From: an uncultured bacterium
GTDB lineage: Bacteria > Zixibacteria > MSB-5A5 > UBA10806
Assembly (NCBI GenBank): GCA_965541585.1
Contig: CBEUCH010000002.1
Location: 96,001 to 160,000 of the forward strand
Direction: 5' to 3'
Length of the DNA: 64,000 bases
Positions 55,010 to 64,000 of the stretch are shown in pieces; position 1 is the first letter of the stretch, and each line of letters opens with the position of its first letter. The position numbers and the translations under genes are program-made. A model generated the notes under the pieces. It was not told the DNA's origin. It was given only the letters and a program-made list of their open reading frames with translations, and ran no database searches.

Positions 55010-58000
55010 ATGGGGTTGCGTATAATTGTCCTTTCCTTATTTATCCGGGCCACAGCTCTCGGGGTCGAGAGTGGCGATTTTACTTTTTATGACGGCGAAT
55101 CGACTGTAGCCGCCACCGTTCAGCAAGTGGATCGTACCGTTTTAAACCTTCAGATCTCGAACCTCGAATATGAAGTTGATAGCGATAACGGAATAGACCA
55201 ATACCGGATTCATTTGCCGGAGGTGTTTGGCGTATCGAGGGGAGCATTTCTGAGTTCGAATAATGTGTTGATCCCTACCATAACCAGATCCATTGCCGTA
55301 CCGTTTGATTCGGAGCCGGTGTTCCGTGTGACCTGGTCGAATTTTGTGGAATTGACGGATATAGTACTTGCGCCTGCAGGCGAGGAGGAATTGGATTCGT
55401 ATTCCAACGGCAATGAGAATATCTCATCGAGCCTCGAGAGGGACCTGGTGATCGCGGAAACGGCGGGGATGATGCGGGATGTAAGAATATATTCTCTGAC
55501 GATCTCGCCGGTGCAATATGATTTGGAAAGCAAAGTCGTTAAAGTCTATAACGAAATTGAAATCGAGATCGACCATGGCGGTTCACGGATGGTACGTTAC
55601 GAGGACCATATATCGGAGGCTTTCTTGCCGATCTATCGCTCGTTTCTGGATAATCTCCTGGTGTTCGACCCGATTGAGGTAACCCGTGGCGCCGACTGGA
55701 TCATATACCCCGATCCTTTCCTCGAACATATACGGCCCATAGCGGAATGGAAAAGGGCCAAGGGTTATGATGTTGAATATATTGCCAAAAGCGATATTGG
55801 CTCCAACCCATCGTATGTGGCTATAAGAGACTATATCTCGGCGCGTTTCGACTCGTGTCAGATTAAGCCGGATTATATTACCATCCTGGGAGACGTCAGC
55901 ATGCCGTCCGGTTATGGAATCCCTACGCGACACTATGATAATCCTCTGGGTTTTGGCGATATAGAATCGGATAATTACTATACGTTTCTCCTGGGTGGCG
56001 ATTATTTCCCGGATGTGTTAATAGGGAGAATAGCCATAGACTACGTTGCCGAGCTTGAGGATTACACGGATAAGCTTTTCACATACGAGAGAACCCCGTA
56101 TATGGATGATACACGCTGGTATTTGAGGGGGACCATGGTCGCGTATTGGGAAGTCGAAGGCGACGGCGGCTGGTATGGAAATTTCACAAGCCCCAGAATC
56201 ACGAAGCTCTGGTGTCGCGATCGCATGTTTGAAAGCGGATATATCCAGGTAGATACTCTTTTCGAACATCCCCGGTATTATGTTCCTTCCAGCCAGATCA
56301 ACGCCTCTATAAACAATGGCGTATCCTATGTGAATTACCGCGGCTTTGGCGATCCATCCGGATGGAGTTACCCTTATTACACATTTAATGATATTAGCGA
56401 TCTTACCAACGGTCCCATGTATCCTATAATGACATCCATCGTTTGCGGGACAGGAGACTATAATGACTACCGCGACATCTGTTTCGGCGAGGCCTGGATA
56501 CGCTATCCGGACAAGGGCGGGGCAGGATTCATTGGCACCAGTAACCACGATGCTCACACGCGATGGACTAACGCTCTGGATGTAGGTATTTACTGGGGCC
56601 TGTTCGTAGAACATGCAACGACTATTGCCCAGGCCCAACTAATGGGAAAGATGACGATGTACGACGCTTTCCCAACCGACCGTTATCCCAACGGCCAGGT
56701 CGAGCTTTATTTCAATAGCTACAATATCCTTGGTGATCCGGAGTTGAATTGCTGGACCGGAGTGCCGAGAAGCATGTCGGTGGCTCATGCCGATTCGGTG
56801 GAATTCGGTCAGAATTATATAAGCGTATCCGTCACCGATAATATGGGGGGCACGCCTCTCGAGGGAGCTTATGTCTGTATATGGAAAGATGGGGAACTGT
56901 TCCTTGGGGAATTTACTCCCGCGGACGGTGTCGCTGAATTCGCGGCCGGACCGGATACCAGGGGCGAGATGGCCTTAACGGTTACTGCCCGCGACTTTGC
57001 CCCTTATGAGGGAACCGTTACCTATTTCACCAGCGAGATAACAGTGGGATACAATTCTCATACGGTTGACGACAACAACGAAGGCGAGTCCTCAGGCAAC
57101 GGCGACGGAATCTGCAGCCCGTCGGAGGTTGTAGAGCTCGACCTTACCCTTGAAAATTATGGCCAATCGGAAACCGCTATCGGGGTGACCGCGGAGATAT
57201 CGTCGGATAACTCTCATGTGGAGATTGTGCGCGCTACAGCCGGTTTCGCCGATATTTCTCCGGGCGAGAGCAGCCCCGCCGATAATCCTTTTTTAATAGA
57301 GGTTAGCCCCGACGCACCAAACGGGACAGGTATCGATCTTATCATTTCCATAAGCGATGAAGATGATAACGCCTGGGAATCCATTATACAGTTGCCCGTT
57401 GAAGCGGCCGAATTCGCAATGGAAGAATTGATCATTCAGGATGACGGCAACGGTATGATAGATCCGGGAGAAACGGTCGAGCTTGTAATAACTCTCGAGA
57501 ATGTCGGTGCACAGCCCATGGCGGGAGCGACCGCGGTATTGAGAACGTCCGACGATCAGGTGACGGTTATGGATTCGACAGCCTTGTTCGGCGACTGCGT
57601 TCCCGGAGGGACTTTCGACAACGATGGCGACACGTTTATGTTAACGGTGGAATCCGATATTTATGTAGGACATTTGATAAACTTTACTCTGGAGTTCGAG
57701 GGCGAGGGGCCGCAAATAGTAACATCCGCTTTTGCCGAACAGGTAGGTGCTGTATCGTCGAGTGATCCCATCGGCCCGGACGATTATGGGTATTACTGCT
57801 TCGATAACACCGATTCTGCCTATTCCGATCGCCCGGTATATGACTGGATTGATATCGATACTCAGAACTGGAATCACGTAACATTGGGCGACGACAACAC
57901 GGAGACGATATCGCTGCCGTTTGAGGTTTGGTACTATGGGCAGATTTTCAGTGAGATCACCATCTGTGACAACGGCTTTGTGGCCCTGGGCGAATCCTGG

Positions 58001-58705
58001 TGGAACGCCTGGTACAATACGTCGATTCCCGCACCTCAGAACGCCGCCGCTATGATCGCGCCTTTCTGGGATGACTTCAATCAGAGCAATCTTAGAGTAT
58101 ATTACCATCACGATACCGACAACTCCCGCTTCATAATCGGGTGGAATAATGCCTGGGACCAGGACGTTTACCGGTACCAGACATTCGAGATAATCTTTCT
58201 GGATCGAACCGCCTGGCCGTCCGCCACCGGCGATAACGAAATAATCTTCCAGTATGAGCTTGTTAATAGCGCTTATTCGTCGTCGGTGGGGATCTGTTCC
58301 CCCGATAGAAGAGATGGTATCGGTTATATTTTTAATGGCGATTACGCTGATGGTGCGGCAACCCTAAATAACACCCGGGCCGTGAAATTCACGACCGGAT
58401 CTCTATACCAGACCGGTATTGAGGAAGAGCAGGAGTTGCCGGAGAGCATGGCGCTATCTCAAAACTATCCTAATCCCTTTAATGCCTCTACCTCCATCGA
58501 TTTTTCGATTCCCGGGGAAGGACACGTAAAGCTCGAGGTATTCAATATCCTCGGGCAGAGGATCGCCATCCTGATCAATGGTCATCTGGATGCGGGCTTC
58601 CATCGGATTGCATGGGGCGCTGACGATTTGCGTTCGGGGATTTACTTTTACAGGCTGGAGACCGGTGATCTGACCGAAACAAAGAGAATGATGCTTTTGA
58701 AATGA
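55010..58705 (+). CDS. Second gingipain-like C25 peptidase with T9SS/FlgD-like tail
   Basis: WKRAKG, YITILGD, SIVCGTG, YNILGDPEL, DPIGPD.YGY and NYPNPFN; GGAGG SD. Confidence 0.88.
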   Translation: MGLRIIVLSLFIRATALGVESGDFTFYDGESTVAATVQQVDRTVLNLQISNLEYEVDSDNGIDQYRIHLPEVFGVSRGAFLSSNNVLIPTITRSIAVPFDSEPVFRVTWSNFVELTDIVLAPAGEEELDSYSNGNENISSSLERDLVIAETAGMMRDVRIYSLTISPVQYDLESKVVKVYNEIEIEIDHGGSRMVRYEDHISEAFLPIYRSFLDNLLVFDPIEVTRGADWIIYPDPFLEHIRPIAEWKRAKGYDVEYIAKSDIGSNPSYVAIRDYISARFDSCQIKPDYITILGDVSMPSGYGIPTRHYDNPLGFGDIESDNYYTFLLGGDYFPDVLIGRIAIDYVAELEDYTDKLFTYERTPYMDDTRWYLRGTMVAYWEVEGDGGWYGNFTSPRITKLWCRDRMFESGYIQVDTLFEHPRYYVPSSQINASINNGVSYVNYRGFGDPSGWSYPYYTFNDISDLTNGPMYPIMTSIVCGTGDYNDYRDICFGEAWIRYPDKGGAGFIGTSNHDAHTRWTNALDVGIYWGLFVEHATTIAQAQLMGKMTMYDAFPTDRYPNGQVELYFNSYNILGDPELNCWTGVPRSMSVAHADSVEFGQNYISVSVTDNMGGTPLEGAYVCIWKDGELFLGEFTPADGVAEFAAGPDTRGEMALTVTARDFAPYEGTVTYFTSEITVGYNSHTVDDNNEGESSGNGDGICSPSEVVELDLTLENYGQSETAIGVTAEISSDNSHVEIVRATAGFADISPGESSPADNPFLIEVSPDAPNGTGIDLIISISDEDDNAWESIIQLPVEAAEFAMEELIIQDDGNGMIDPGETVELVITLENVGAQPMAGATAVLRTSDDQVTVMDSTALFGDCVPGGTFDNDGDTFMLTVESDIYVGHLINFTLEFEGEGPQIVTSAFAEQVGAVSSSDPIGPDDYGYYCFDNTDSAYSDRPVYDWIDIDTQNWNHVTLGDDNTETISLPFEVWYYGQIFSEITICDNGFVALGESWWNAWYNTSIPAPQNAAAMIAPFWDDFNQSNLRVYYHHDTDNSRFIIGWNNAWDQDVYRYQTFEIIFLDRTAWPSATGDNEIIFQYELVNSAYSSSVGICSPDRRDGIGYIFNGDYADGAATLNNTRAVKFTTGSLYQTGIEEEQELPESMALSQNYPNPFNASTSIDFSIPGEGHVKLEVFNILGQRIAILINGHLDAGFHRIAWGADDLRSGIYFYRLETGDLTETKRMMLLK

Positions 58706-58802
58706 TATCCGGCAAGATAGTGGTTGGTCTTTCAGGAAGATGCGCAGCATTTAACATGTTGAAAGACAAAATGATAAGGGCGCAGATGACGCCCTTTTCA
58801 TA

Positions 58803-58830
58803 TTGACGAAAAAACGTTTTTGATTATATT
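58803..58830 (+). promoter_or_regulatory. Promoter of the M14 gene
   Basis: TTGACG-N16-TATATT. Confidence 0.55.
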
Positions 58831-58875
58831 GAATTGATGAAAGAAATTATCGATAAGTTGTTCAAGGAGTTTTCG

Positions 58876-60729
58876 ATGCGATCTGGCATGCTGATTTTCG
58901 CAGTATTGATCCTGCTCTCATATGCTCCCGAGTCTGGCGCTCAACTTCCTGAAATATATACCAGGTACAGCGATGCTCTGCAAACCCTGGCGGATCTGCA
59001 GGGAGATTATCCGGAGATCTGCAAGCTGGATACCATGGGTTATTCCACCCGTGACTCCATCCCCATGCTGAGAGTCAAGATTTCGGACAACGTTAACATT
59101 GACGAAGATGAACCTGCGATCTTCTATTGCGGGGGAGTCCACGCCGACGAGGTGTTGAGCGTGGAGGTCGTTATGTCATTTGTACAGGATATTCTGATTC
59201 GTTACGGGCGTGGAGATCCCGATGTCACCCGCTATATAGCCAGCCTCGAAATATTCTGTATCCCGTTCATCAATCCCGAGGGGCATATAGTGGTGGAGGA
59301 GGGGGATACCGAATGGCGCAAGAACAAATGTGACAACGACGACAACGGGATATTCGATTTTCACGACGGCGTCGACAACAACCGCAACTATGATTTCGGC
59401 TTTTGGATAGACGACGGCCCCAACGCCACCACTCCGGAATCTCTCACGTACAAGGGCGAGGCTCCGTTCACCCAGACCGAGAATATCGCTATGGCGGAGT
59501 TCGGATGGAAGTATCGGCCGCTTATAGCGCTGGATTACCATTCGCCGACCTACGGCAGACCCAACGTGGCGTATTATCCGTGGTACTGGTATGCCAATGA
59601 AGGCGGTAATGGTTTCGGCCCCGATGAAACCCTGATGCAATCTGTCTGCGCATTATTTGCATCATTAATAGAAGCCATACCGGATGATTCGGGCAACGGC
59701 ACTTATACGGCCAGGAGGGCTCTGGTCAACAAAGGTGATTTCAAGACATATTTCTACGGTAACTTCGGAACTGCGGCCTTTTCGGTGGAGGTTTCCGACA
59801 CTACGATCCAGAACCCTGCTCTGGTTGACACAATAGTCGCCGCTCATCTTCCGGGGCAATATTATCTTCTCGAGCGGGCTCTGGGTGCAGGTATTACAGG
59901 GGTCATCCGGGATTCTGTCACGCTGGAGCCGATCGAGGCGGAGGTGCAGGTTCTCCAGCATATTAACGCTGATATCAATCCCCGTCTGTCCAGGCCTGAT
60001 TACGGACGCTATCGCCGGCTGCTGTCTTCGGGAAGCTATACATTGAAGTTTCTCAAAGACGACTATAGAACCATAACGGTCTACAATGTCGGGGTGACGA
60101 ACAGCGGGCCGACCGAGGTCAACATGCTTCTATCCCCGCTGTATCCGCGGCCGCCGGCGCCGGTTTTGAGCTACCCGCCCGAGGATACGACCTTAAATGA
60201 CAACCTGGTGGTTTTCGACTGGAATCCATCGGATCTGGCGGATTTCTATCTCTTCGAGCTTTATCAGCATCCGGACCTGGAGACTCCGGTATATGTCGAT
60301 TCCTCCTTAATTGATACATCGTTCACTCTCGACACCCCTCTTTCGGATACGGTTTACTACTGGATGGTTAAAGGGGGCAACTCCAACGGCTGGGGCCCGT
60401 ATTCGGATCTGTGGATGTTCGTTGTGAATACCGAGACGGGAACAGATGATCCCGTCCACCAGCCTCGCGCCTTTGAGTTGTATCAGAATCATCCCAACCC
60501 GTTTAATACCTCCACCCTGATCGAGTACAATCTGCCTTCAGCTTCGGATGTAACGCTTGAAATTTACAACATACTCGGTCAGAGGGTAGCGATACTTTTG
60601 GATAGAACCCTGCAGGCCGGGGAGCATAGTATCAAATGGGATGCATCCGGTTTTCATTCCGGCGTCTATTTTGTGAGGCTGGAGGCTGAGGGGTATACCG
60701 AAAATATCAAGATCGTATTGCTAAAATAG
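58876..60729 (+). CDS. Secreted M14 zinc carboxypeptidase with regulatory-like and FN3-like domains and T9SS/FlgD-like tail
   Basis: HADE, NPEG, WRKN, NRNY, DYHS and VEV; AAGGAG SD before ATG 58876. Confidence 0.9.
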   Translation: MRSGMLIFAVLILLSYAPESGAQLPEIYTRYSDALQTLADLQGDYPEICKLDTMGYSTRDSIPMLRVKISDNVNIDEDEPAIFYCGGVHADEVLSVEVVMSFVQDILIRYGRGDPDVTRYIASLEIFCIPFINPEGHIVVEEGDTEWRKNKCDNDDNGIFDFHDGVDNNRNYDFGFWIDDGPNATTPESLTYKGEAPFTQTENIAMAEFGWKYRPLIALDYHSPTYGRPNVAYYPWYWYANEGGNGFGPDETLMQSVCALFASLIEAIPDDSGNGTYTARRALVNKGDFKTYFYGNFGTAAFSVEVSDTTIQNPALVDTIVAAHLPGQYYLLERALGAGITGVIRDSVTLEPIEAEVQVLQHINADINPRLSRPDYGRYRRLLSSGSYTLKFLKDDYRTITVYNVGVTNSGPTEVNMLLSPLYPRPPAPVLSYPPEDTTLNDNLVVFDWNPSDLADFYLFELYQHPDLETPVYVDSSLIDTSFTLDTPLSDTVYYWMVKGGNSNGWGPYSDLWMFVVNTETGTDDPVHQPRAFELYQNHPNPFNTSTLIEYNLPSASDVTLEIYNILGQRVAILLDRTLQAGEHSIKWDASGFHSGVYFVRLEAEGYTENIKIVLLK

Positions 60730-60890
60730 CGGCGGCACCAGTCTTGGTTTTACCGCCAGACCAAACTTGTTGATTTCCGGCAAGCACAAAAGGCTTGACT
60801 TCTAAATATCTTTTATTACAATATTTATAGGCATAATCATGAAATAGCAGCGCGATTTGACCGCGAGAATAAGTACCTCAATTGGAGGTT

Positions 60891-63056
60891 ATGATGAGAA
60901 GGACTAAAGTTTTATTGTTGGCGATGTTATGCTTTTCAATCGCCGGTTTAGCATCCGCCCAGAATGTTGAGTATGTCAACTCAACGCTCTGGAATGGCTT
61001 GGGGGAGGTCAAAATCGTCGGCGATTATGCATACTGTGCCTTTTACAATGGCTTGATGATTCTTGATGTCACGAATCCGACCTCTCCATCTGTGGTGGGC
61101 CAGGTAGTTGGTCAAGGTCATGGAAATGGATTAGACGTTTCAGGTGATTACGCGTACCTGGTTAATACGTACGAGGATCTGCAGATAATAGACATCGCAA
61201 ACCCTGCCCTCCCGATATTATTAGGAAGTTACAGCACGCCGAGTGACGCTTCCGGTGTTTTTGTGGTCGATAACTACGCATACATAGCGGATGGCTATTC
61301 TGGCCTGCAGATCATAGACGTTGCCGATCCTATGAATCCGACATTTGTGGGGAGCTACGACACGCCGCACTTTGCCAAGGACATCTTCGTGGTTGGTAAT
61401 TACGCCTACGTGGCTAATTCATCTACTGGCCTGCTAATAATCGATATCGCGGATCCTGAAGATCCAACATTGGCGGGAAGCTACAATACTCCAGGATACG
61501 CTCAAGCAGTCTTTGTGGTCGGCGATTATGCATATGTTGCGGATGGTAGCTCCGGCGTACGGATAATCGACATCTCTAACCCGGCCTACCCCACACTGGA
61601 AGCAAGTTATGACACGCCAGGTTATCCTTCTGACATATATGTAATGGGTAGCTACGCTTTTGTAGCTGATGGTGATTCTGGCCTGTATATAATCGATGTC
61701 TCGAATCCTTCGAACCCCACTCATGTGGGGAATCACGATACGCCTAGGGATGCCACAGGGGTTTTCGTTACCGGCGAGCATTGTTATATTATTGACTATG
61801 ATCTTGTCCTGCAGATAATTGAGATCACCGATCCTTTCAATCCGATACTGGCAGGGAGTTTCGATACGCCTGGTTATGTACAGAGTGTTTTCCTTGCCGG
61901 GAATTACGCCTATGTTGCAAATCACATTTCAGGCTTGTGGATAATCGATATCAGCGACCCCGCCAGCCCAACACCGGTGGGATTTCACGATACACCGGAT
62001 AATGCTCGTGACGTTTTCGTGTCAGATAGTTACGCCTACGTGGCTGCTCATATTTCCGGCCTGCAGATAATAAACGTCGCCGATCCGGCCAACCCGACAT
62101 GGGTAGGAGGTTACGATACACCTGGTTCTGCGACGAGCGTTTTCGTCGACGACAATTACGCTTATGTGGTTAATAGTATTAGTGAGGGTGGCCTGCAAAT
62201 TATCGACGTCTCCAATCCTGCCAGCCCGACACTGGCGGGAAGTTATGATACGCCCAATAATGCTTATGGGATTTTCGTTGACGGCGGTTACGCTTACGTA
62301 GTTGAGGGATATGCCAGCGTGGAGAGTTGGGGTCGACTGCACATAGTTAGCATTGCCGACCCTGCGAATCCGGCTCTGATCGGAATTTATGAAACAGGTT
62401 TGCCCGGAGGTGTCTTTGTTGCCGGTAGTTATGCCTATGTAGTTTGCACTGATTATCGTCATTTCGAACCCGATATTTATAGTCTGGTGATAATTGATAT
62501 CGATGACCCTGCGAATCCCACAACAGTTGGAAGTTATGAAACACCAGAATTTGCCAGCCGCGTAGTTGTGGCTGGCAATTACGCCTATTTGGCTGTCAAT
62601 TATTATGGCGGCCTGCAGATAGTCGATATTGCCGATCCTGCGAATCCAACTCTGGCGGGAAGCTACGACACACCGGGCTGGGCTCGCGGCATTTCAGTGG
62701 ACGGCGATTTTGTATATGTAGCTGATCGCCATTCGCTAATGGTCCTTAGTTTTGGACCTGAAAATGATATTGAGGAGTGGAATGATCTCCCCCGAGAGTT
62801 CTCACTTGGGCAAAACTACCCCAACCCGTTCAATGCTTCCACCCTGATCGAGTACAATTTGCCTTCAGCTTCCAATGTAAGAATCGAAATCTACGACATC
62901 CTTGGCCGCAAAGTTGAAACGCTTGTGGACCAAAAAAAGCAAGCCGGTTATCATCAGATTACGTGGAATGCCTTTGACAAATCCTCGGGAATGTATTTTT
63001 ATAAGGTTCGGGCGGGGGAGTATACCGGGACGAAGAAGATGGTGTTGTTGAAGTAG
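60891..63056 (+). CDS. Secreted LVIVD-repeat protein (14 blades) with T9SS/FlgD-like tail
   Basis: Paralogue of 33496-35601 with the same QNVEYV.STLW start, 14 units and an NYPNPFN tail. Confidence 0.92.
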   Translation: MMRRTKVLLLAMLCFSIAGLASAQNVEYVNSTLWNGLGEVKIVGDYAYCAFYNGLMILDVTNPTSPSVVGQVVGQGHGNGLDVSGDYAYLVNTYEDLQIIDIANPALPILLGSYSTPSDASGVFVVDNYAYIADGYSGLQIIDVADPMNPTFVGSYDTPHFAKDIFVVGNYAYVANSSTGLLIIDIADPEDPTLAGSYNTPGYAQAVFVVGDYAYVADGSSGVRIIDISNPAYPTLEASYDTPGYPSDIYVMGSYAFVADGDSGLYIIDVSNPSNPTHVGNHDTPRDATGVFVTGEHCYIIDYDLVLQIIEITDPFNPILAGSFDTPGYVQSVFLAGNYAYVANHISGLWIIDISDPASPTPVGFHDTPDNARDVFVSDSYAYVAAHISGLQIINVADPANPTWVGGYDTPGSATSVFVDDNYAYVVNSISEGGLQIIDVSNPASPTLAGSYDTPNNAYGIFVDGGYAYVVEGYASVESWGRLHIVSIADPANPALIGIYETGLPGGVFVAGSYAYVVCTDYRHFEPDIYSLVIIDIDDPANPTTVGSYETPEFASRVVVAGNYAYLAVNYYGGLQIVDIADPANPTLAGSYDTPGWARGISVDGDFVYVADRHSLMVLSFGPENDIEEWNDLPREFSLGQNYPNPFNASTLIEYNLPSASNVRIEIYDILGRKVETLVDQKKQAGYHQITWNAFDKSSGMYFYKVRAGEYTGTKKMVLLK

Positions 63057-63088
63057 GCCTTTAGTTATGTTTAAAGAGGGAGACAAGT

Positions 63089-63196
63089 ATGGGCGATAAG
63101 GGAAAAAAGGATAAGGGTAAAAGAGAGCAGCAGAAAAAGAGCAAGCATAGCTTATTGGAAAAGCGAAAACTTAAAAAAGAAAAAAAGAATAAATAG
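63089..63196 (+). CDS. 35-aa Lys-rich small protein (not in the ORF track)
   Basis: GAGGGAG SD, sequence MGDKGKKDKGKREQQKKSKHSLLEKRKLKKEKKNK, and a downstream terminator. Confidence 0.65.
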   Translation: MGDKGKKDKGKREQQKKSKHSLLEKRKLKKEKKNK

Positions 63197-63227
63197 AACC
63201 TAGAATAACTGAGAATGACAAAACCAT

Positions 63228-63257
63228 GGGGAGTTACATCGACTCCCCTCTCTTTTT
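63228..63257 (+). terminator. Intrinsic terminator
   Basis: ggggagt...actcccc followed by tctcttttt. Confidence 0.7.
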
Positions 63258-63324
63258 GCCCTGTCACTCGCCGGCTGGGCATTTGCCCGGCATGTTAAGT
63301 ATGCGGGTGGCTACGATACGCCGG
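63253..63324 (+). pseudogene. Remnant of an LVIVD-family gene 5' region
   Basis: Aligns by eye to 33529-33577, followed by codons for GGYDTP. Confidence 0.6.
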
Positions 63325-63435
63325 TCAACATTAAAGGCTTGACTTCTAAGTAGTTTCTATTATCTATAGTTGTAGACACAATCAGGATATTGCAGTTGCG
63401 GTTGGCAACAAGGATAAATACCTCGCCCGGGGGAC

Positions 63436-64000
63436 ATGATGAGAAGAGTCATAATTATTTCGCTGGCATCTCTTTTGTTGTTGGCCGGAAATGCCTTTAC
63501 CTTTGAGCCGTTATTTCATGCCAGGATTGATTACGGGGCCGGGGATGGTCCTAATTCAGTTTTCGCGGTTGACCTCGATAACGACGGCGACAATGACCTG
63601 GCCGTGGCTAATGAGAACTCCAACAATGTCTCAGTCATCCTGAATAACGGTGACGGGACATTTCAGGCGGCGGTTAATTACGGGGCCGGGGAAGCTCCTG
63701 TTTCGGTTTTCGCGGTTGACCTCGATGGCGATGGCGACAATGACCTGGCGGTGGCTAATAGGTTTTCCGACAATGTCTCAATCCTTCTGAATAACGGTGA
63801 CGGGACATTTCATGCGGCGGTTAATTACGGGACCGGGGATGAACCTAGTTCAGTTTTCGCGGTTGATCTCGATGGCGATGGCGATATTGACCTGGCAGTG
63901 GCTAATGCTGGCTCCAGCAATGTCTCAGTCCTTCTGAATAATGGTGACGGTATATTTCAGGCGGCGGTTAATTACGGGGCCGGGATTGGACCTCGTTCAG
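63436..64000 (+). CDS. Secreted FG-GAP/VCBS-repeat protein (runs off the window end)
   Basis: Signal peptide and 147-bp repeats encoding YGAG..P.SVFAVDLDGDGDNDLAVAN..S.NVS.LLNNGDG.F. Confidence 0.88.
   Translation, partial: MMRRVIIISLASLLLLAGNAFTFEPLFHARIDYGAGDGPNSVFAVDLDNDGDNDLAVANENSNNVSVILNNGDGTFQAAVNYGAGEAPVSVFAVDLDGDGDNDLAVANRFSDNVSILLNNGDGTFHAAVNYGTGDEPSSVFAVDLDGDGDIDLAVANAGSSNVSVLLNNGDGIFQAAVNYGAGIGPRS

Overview
Bacterial genomic window. Gene content suggests an FCB-group lineage such as Zixibacteria; this is inference, not a database result. Housekeeping genes are pdxS-pdxT-ispH-ispG, ferritin, secD-secF, pepF, an ECF sigma factor, an orphan sugar-ABC ATPase and a Rieske/cytochrome b/nonaheme cytochrome c operon. 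These are interleaved with a very dense set of exported proteins using three C-terminal tags. Ten complete proteins carry a T9SS/FlgD-like 'NYPNPFN' tail: an S8, two C25 and an M14 peptidase, plus Kelch, two beta-helix, two LVIVD and one unknown-passenger protein. Two carry a Cys-rich dockerin-like tail and two an IPTL-CTERM tail, and exosortase H is present. Best candidates for undescribed biology: (1) an exosortase-H-anchored cohesin/dockerin-like surface scaffold; (2) a membrane-domain-only Lnt homologue ending in a RAPP ribosome-arrest-like motif, upstream of the large IPTL-CTERM gene; (3) an integrase-free 2.4-kb cassette bounded by a duplicated pepF 3' end with synonymous differences; (4) C25 peptidases lacking the canonical His, a catalytically eroded PdxJ, an orphan DUF6519 protein and an AT-rich wHTH/HEPN-like operon. 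No rRNA, tRNA, CRISPR array, transposase or integrase was recognised. All family calls come from motif recognition by eye.
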